Shown piece after piece: positions 59,730-64,000 of a DNA stretch of 64,000 bases (its first letter is position 1; the number at the start of each line of letters is the position of its first letter). This stretch comes from Burkholderiales bacterium RIFCSPHIGHO2_01_FULL_63_240 (lineage in GTDB: Bacteria; Pseudomonadota; Gammaproteobacteria; Burkholderiales; Burkholderiaceae_C). The notes under the pieces are model-generated. The model saw only the letters and a list, made by a program, of their open reading frames with translations. It made no database searches and had not been told where the DNA came from. The stretch covers positions 108,924 through 172,923 of the forward strand of contig MERU01000007.1 of assembly GCA_001770725.1 (NCBI GenBank), given 5' to 3'. A program made the position numbers and the translations under genes.

Positions 59730-61190
59730 TCAGGCTTGCGACACCAGCAGCAAGGGGGTGTCGACCTGAAGGCGAAAGCGCCCACGCCCGGTCTTGACCA
59801 GTTGCACCGGGGCCTGGCGCTCGGCCAGGCGCTTGTGCAGCAGGATGAGTCGGGCCTCCAGGTTGTCGGTGACATCGGGCAGGCCCAGGCTGGCGTCCAG
59901 CCGCAGCTCGCGGTTGCTGAAGTCCTGGCGGCCCGTGTCCACCCAGGTGCGGATCAGCTTCCACAGGATGGCGCCGGCCACGCCCTTGATGACGTAGTCG
60001 TCGTTGAAGAAGACGCTGTCGGTGCGCCCGTGGTGGTGCACGACGATGGCGTCGGCGGGGGGCGTGTCCAGGGCCTCGCGCGCCGCATCAGGGGTGGCCT
60101 GGCCGAGCAGGGCCGGTGCCGTCGGCCCTTCGCCGAGCGGGGCGGGGAGGGGCTCGAGCGCCGGCTCGGGCGGCTGCAGCAGGGACAGCGCCAGCGCCAG
60201 CGGCGAGGCGATGCTCACAAGCGCGTCTTCGTCGTCGTGGCTGAAGTACTGGTCCTGGTCACTCTCGACCAGCAGCACACCGATGACGCGGCCCAGCAGC
60301 CGCAGCGGCACCACCAGCTGGCTGCGCGGCTCGGCCAGGCCGGGCAGGGGGATCTCTTCGGTCTCGCTGTCGCTCAGGCCCATGTCCTCCGTGCGCTGGC
60401 GGATGGCGCGTGCGTAGGTCTGCCATTGCGCCAGGTGGCCGATGCGCAGGGGCACGCCCTCGCGCGCGGCAATGCCGGCCAGGCCCTGACCGATCGGGAT
60501 CTCGGCGCCCACGCCCGAGGTCTCATAGCCCAGGCTGGCGATGGCGTAGAGGCAGTCGCGACCCGGATCGCTCAGCAGGATCATGCTGTGGTCGATCTGC
60601 AGGTGGGCCTGCAATGCGCGCAAGGTCTCGTCGAGCAACTGGTCCATGTCGGCGCAGGCGCTGATGCGCTCGATGACCGCGCGCGTGCCCCCGGGGATGT
60701 CGCAGCGCGCCTGAGGCGCCATCAGCGGGCGCCGGCCCGCGATCTCGCGCACCGAGCTCACCTCGTAGATGTCGGCGCCCAGCAGCCTGTAGACCTTGTC
60801 CATGCCGGTGTGCGCGGCGATGCCGGCCAGCTTGGCGCGCATGCGCTCGAACACCGGGCCGCTGCACTCGGTGCGCACGTAGCGCAGCTGCATGCGGATG
60901 CCGGCGGCGGTGTAGGGATCGTCCACGGAGACCATGCAGCGGCGCGTGGCCAGGATGTTCTCGCGGCTGCGGTTGAAGAACTGGAAGGACAGGGCCACGT
61001 GGCCTTCGTCGACGTACTCGACCTGCGACAGGAAGCACAGGTGGGGCATGCCTTCGGCCGAGACCGAGCACATCACCGCGGGGATCACGCCCTCGAACAT
61101 GCGGCGCACGGACCTGAGCGTGACGGCCTGGTCTTGCGAGACCGGTGCGCGCGAGGCCTGGGGTGAGGCTGGGCTCATGGCGGGGCTCAT
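59730..61190 (-). CDS. PNPOx-like (FMN-binding split-barrel) + GAF + C-terminal uncharacterised domain protein
   Basis: Start at 61190 overlaps the upstream stop (ATGA). N-terminal FEGVIPAVMCSVSAEGMPHLCFLSQV. The central GAF region has GQGLAGIAAREG...LVVPL. The C-terminal ~150 aa are unassigned. Confidence 0.65.
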   Translation of the reverse strand: MSPAMSPASPQASRAPVSQDQAVTLRSVRRMFEGVIPAVMCSVSAEGMPHLCFLSQVEYVDEGHVALSFQFFNRSRENILATRRCMVSVDDPYTAAGIRMQLRYVRTECSGPVFERMRAKLAGIAAHTGMDKVYRLLGADIYEVSSVREIAGRRPLMAPQARCDIPGGTRAVIERISACADMDQLLDETLRALQAHLQIDHSMILLSDPGRDCLYAIASLGYETSGVGAEIPIGQGLAGIAAREGVPLRIGHLAQWQTYARAIRQRTEDMGLSDSETEEIPLPGLAEPRSQLVVPLRLLGRVIGVLLVESDQDQYFSHDDEDALVSIASPLALALSLLQPPEPALEPLPAPLGEGPTAPALLGQATPDAAREALDTPPADAIVVHHHGRTDSVFFNDDYVIKGVAGAILWKLIRTWVDTGRQDFSNRELRLDASLGLPDVTDNLEARLILLHKRLAERQAPVQLVKTGRGRFRLQVDTPLLLVSQA

Positions 61191-61711
61191 CGGGCGGGTT
61201 CCTCGTGCAGCGGGATGGCCTGGCCGGCGCCGGGGCCGGGGGTCTGGTTCCAGGCGCCGGTGGGGGTGAAGGTCACCACGCGCCATTGCTCGGGGGGCAC
61301 GTCGAGCCAGGCGTCGGCGAAGGTTTCGTCGTAGCCGTAGGGCTCGATCTCGGCGAGGAAGCGGTGCTTGAAGGGCAGGCGTTCGGGCCACTGGGCCGGG
61401 TCGGCGGCGGAGAGTTCGGCCCCCCGCCCCTTGACCTGGATGGCCCGGTGCGTGGACGGCTGGCAGGCGGTGATGGCCACCACGGGCACCTCGCCGACGG
61501 CCGCCAGCAGGCCATCGGCCGAGGGGGTCGACAGCAGCAGCGAGAGCCGGTGGTCGGGCTCGATGCGCAGGGCCAGGGCCCGCACCACCTGGGGCTCGCC
61601 CGAGCGATTGCAGGCCCCGACGTGGATCGACAGCCCGCAGCCCAGGAAGTCCAGCAACTCGCCATGCAGGCGGGCCGGTGCGGGGGCGGGGTGCACGAGC
61701 TGGGTGGGCAT
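61187..61711 (-). CDS. Pyridoxamine-5'-phosphate-oxidase-like small protein
   Basis: Start MPTQLVH at 61711. The split-barrel-like assignment is tentative. Confidence 0.5.
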   Translation of the reverse strand: MPTQLVHPAPAPARLHGELLDFLGCGLSIHVGACNRSGEPQVVRALALRIEPDHRLSLLLSTPSADGLLAAVGEVPVVAITACQPSTHRAIQVKGRGAELSAADPAQWPERLPFKHRFLAEIEPYGYDETFADAWLDVPPEQWRVVTFTPTGAWNQTPGPGAGQAIPLHEEPAR

Positions 61712-61886
61712 GGGCACGATTGTGGCTGCCCCCGGGGCCACTCGGGAAGGGCCTGGTGACGGGCGCACCACGCGGCAGCGGGGCGGCGTCGCCGCCACCG
61801 GTTGGCGCAACGCCGAAGCCAGGGGCGAATCCACGTGTGAACCCGTGTGTTCAAGCCGGGGCAGGGCCATGGTCCTTGCCTTGGGT

Positions 61887-62462
61887 TCAGCCCAGCGCAT
61901 GCGGGGCTTGTTGTGCGCCGGCGTGCAGGCACGCGCGGATCTCGTCGTCAGAAAAGTGCGCCCACCAGGCCCGCGTGAGGGTCGATTCCTCTTCGACCAT
62001 GTGGGCCAGGCCGTCGGCCACGAACAGCGACAGGCGCAAGCGCAGCTCGCGGGCGATGGCTTCGGCCTGGTCGCTGGTGCGGGCGTCGCGCAGCCGCTGC
62101 AGGGTGTCGCGCAGGGTTGCCAGGCTTTGCTGCAGTTGCTCGTGGTCGAGATCGACGGCCATCAGGGCCCGGGGCGCGCGTGCGCGCAACGGCGCGTGGA
62201 ACAGGGCTTCTTCCAGCGCGAGGTGGCTTTCGCAGCGGCACAAGGCGTGCTCCGCCATCGCGGCGAAGGTGGCGCACTTGTGCGCTTCGCTGGCGTCGAG
62301 GTCCAGGGCCTGCAGCATCAGGCGCAGCAGCTGGCGGCGCAGGTCGTCGTGCATGCGCTCGTAGGGGCGGATGCGGGGGCTGTGGCAGACGGTGCGCAGG
62401 CCGTCGGGCGCGTCGGCGAGGACGTCGTCGTGATGGGGGGCGGGCAGGGGCGCTGCGGACAT
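61887..62462 (-). CDS. Hemerythrin-like domain protein, paralogue of 59016-59720
   Basis: CESHLALEEALFH and LAHMVEEES motifs parallel those of the other copy. Confidence 0.55.
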   Translation of the reverse strand: MSAAPLPAPHHDDVLADAPDGLRTVCHSPRIRPYERMHDDLRRQLLRLMLQALDLDASEAHKCATFAAMAEHALCRCESHLALEEALFHAPLRARAPRALMAVDLDHEQLQQSLATLRDTLQRLRDARTSDQAEAIARELRLRLSLFVADGLAHMVEEESTLTRAWWAHFSDDEIRACLHAGAQQAPHALG

Positions 62463-62561
62463 GGCCGGACCTCTTGGGGCACTCGGGTGCGTTGCTCGGT
62501 GGAGGTCGGCATCTTCGAGCGGCCGGGGCTTGGCGGACAGTCCCCTTTTAGGGCACCCGGC

Positions 62562-63521
62562 TCAGGGCGCAGGTGTGTAGGGGCGCAGCTCTTCCGGGTG
62601 GTGGCGCAGGTACATCAGCAGGCTGCGGCGGCGTTCGGGGCCGCGCGTGCCCGTGTCCACCTGCGTGACGGCGTCATCGAACAGCTGGGGCATGGTGTCG
62701 AGAGCGCGCTGGTGCACCGCTCGCCACTGCTTCTTGATGCCGTGCCCCGAGATGCCGAGTTCGTCGCCGATCTGCTCGTCGGTGAGCTGGGTGACGGCCA
62801 GGCGCAGCAGGCGGCGCTCGGACGCCGAGAACCCGATGCGCGGCGGCGTGAACTGGAAGGCATCGCGCACGGGCGAGCCGGGCAGCAGGCGAGAGGCTTC
62901 GTCGCGGCTGAGGCCGTAGAGCTCGGGCAAGGGCGTCGGGGGGCCGGCCTGGTTGCGCTGGGTTCGGGCCCGAAAGCCCATGCTTTCCAGGTAGGCGCCC
63001 TGCTCGCCGAGGCCTTCCTGGTAGAGGTGCTGCAGGCGGTAGCCCGCGTGGGCCTGGCGGAACAGGCCCATGGCCAGGGCCAGCAGCTCCATGGTGTCGG
63101 GGTTGGCCAGGTCGGTGAGCGCCTGTTCGTAGTGCAGCACCAGGAAGGTGACCTCGCCCAGCCCGCTGAGCCGCCCCAGCTCCTTGTCGCTGGGCGGCTG
63201 AAAGCGCCCGTCCAGGAGCTCTTCGTAGATCAGCGCGGGGGCGAAGGGTGGCGGATCGGTGGCCATGCGCTGGCGCCAGCGTTCATCCAGCGCGATGGCC
63301 ATGCCCAGGCCGACGATGCGCTGACCAGGCGGGCGGTTGAGGTCTTCGATGACGTCGGCGTTGAAGCCTGGGTGGCCCAGCAGCCGGGTCCAGATCACCG
63401 GCAGTGCGGCGCGCACCGGCTCGGGCAGGTTCAGCCACGCGGGCACGAAGGCCTGCGCCTCGCTCAAGTCTTTGTGCCCCAGCAGGCGACCGTGCAGTCG
63501 CTGCCCTGTGCCGTCCAGCAT
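62562..63521 (-). CDS. LuxR/GerE-type HTH protein with an uncharacterised ~230-aa N-domain
   Basis: C-terminal FSASERRLLRLAVTQLTDEQIGDELGISGHGIKKQW. Start MLDGTG at 63521. Confidence 0.6.
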   Translation of the reverse strand: MLDGTGQRLHGRLLGHKDLSEAQAFVPAWLNLPEPVRAALPVIWTRLLGHPGFNADVIEDLNRPPGQRIVGLGMAIALDERWRQRMATDPPPFAPALIYEELLDGRFQPPSDKELGRLSGLGEVTFLVLHYEQALTDLANPDTMELLALAMGLFRQAHAGYRLQHLYQEGLGEQGAYLESMGFRARTQRNQAGPPTPLPELYGLSRDEASRLLPGSPVRDAFQFTPPRIGFSASERRLLRLAVTQLTDEQIGDELGISGHGIKKQWRAVHQRALDTMPQLFDDAVTQVDTGTRGPERRRSLLMYLRHHPEELRPYTPAP

Positions 63522-63749
63522 GTTCCTGGCCTTGTGTGTGGTTTGACATGCCACTGCGACTGCCGCCCTGACACCGATGGAATTTTAGGCGCGCGGGCGC
63601 GGGGCGGCTTGCAGGGGGGGCGTCCCTCATGGCGGGGGGATGCAGACGGTGCCCTTTTTGAGGTCTGTGCGGCAAGGCAGGGCGCTGGAATCATCGCGCC
63701 CTGCTGCACGCACCCATTCAAACAAGCACATCCCATCCAGGAGCACGAC

Positions 63750-64000
63750 ATGTCATTTCATTTTCCCAAGGTCTTCATGGCCTTGTCTCTGTCCATCACC
63801 GCTTTGCACAGCCAAGCGGTGGTGCTGCAAGGCTCCAGTTTTGGGGCCACAGCCGAGGCCGGCGGTGTCAAGGCCGGAGGCTGGTACCAGTCCTCGGCCT
63901 CTGCCAGCGACGGCAGCGATGCGGGCAACACCCAAGCCCATGCCTGGGGTGATTCGGAGTCTTTCAGCGTTCATGCGCTGGCATGGACTTCCGAGAACCC
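63750..64000 (+). CDS. 5' part of a secreted protein gene running off the right edge
   Basis: AGGAG lies 7 nt before the ATG at 63750. Sequence MSFHFPKVFMALSLSITALHSQA has a signal peptide. The frame stays open to the window end. Confidence 0.5.
   Translation, partial: MSFHFPKVFMALSLSITALHSQAVVLQGSSFGATAEAGGVKAGGWYQSSASASDGSDAGNTQAHAWGDSESFSVHALAWTSEN

Noticed and set aside
63753-63974. A 73-aa minus-strand ORF at the right edge.
   Set aside because: The plus strand has an AGGAG RBS, an ATG and a clear signal peptide in an open frame over the same DNA.

Overview
High-GC (about 70% by eye) chromosomal segment, probably from a betaproteobacterium (Burkholderiales-like; this is inference from gene content and composition). 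Most of the window is ordinary: ampG, an M48 peptidase, a MocR regulator, a chemoreceptor, divergent kdpDE / kdpFABC, a double GGDEF protein, chrA, a CzcCBA/CusCBA-type RND efflux operon, two AraC regulators, glpK-glpR / glpD, a NikR-linked TonB receptor, infA, osmC-pirin, xthA, pyrE, a DUF2946-TonB receptor pair, and a hemerythrin/PNPOx/GAF/LuxR cluster. The exception is about 7.14-13.38 kb, a visibly AT-richer ~6.2 kb block bounded by imperfect inverted repeats. On one strand it packs a 66-aa ORF, a hairpin, an rrn-type boxB/boxA antitermination leader, five tRNA genes (Asp, Phe, Arg, Pro, His), a twice-frameshifted SEC-C gene, tRNA-Glu, a 50-aa basic ORF, an HNH nuclease, ~200 nt of structured RNA ending in a tRNA-like T-arm/acceptor/CCA, a tRNA-Thr-like gene, an SPFH (slipin-like) protein, RtcB RNA ligase and a terminator. 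A cI-like HTH regulator is transcribed divergently at the far end. Several of the tRNAs break canonical rules: His without G-1, Asp with U37, Phe with G37, Thr with unpaired 1:72 and 2:71. I propose this block as a candidate accessory tRNA repair/replacement cassette; that is a hypothesis, not a demonstrated function. Other points worth a look are a textbook NikR box in front of a TonB receptor, a 21-bp perfect inverted repeat built from 11-bp-phased direct repeats in the kdp control region, and a small hydrophobic ORF coupled to kdpF. All coordinates were derived by hand from the sequence and the ORF track. No database searches or GC calculations were run.
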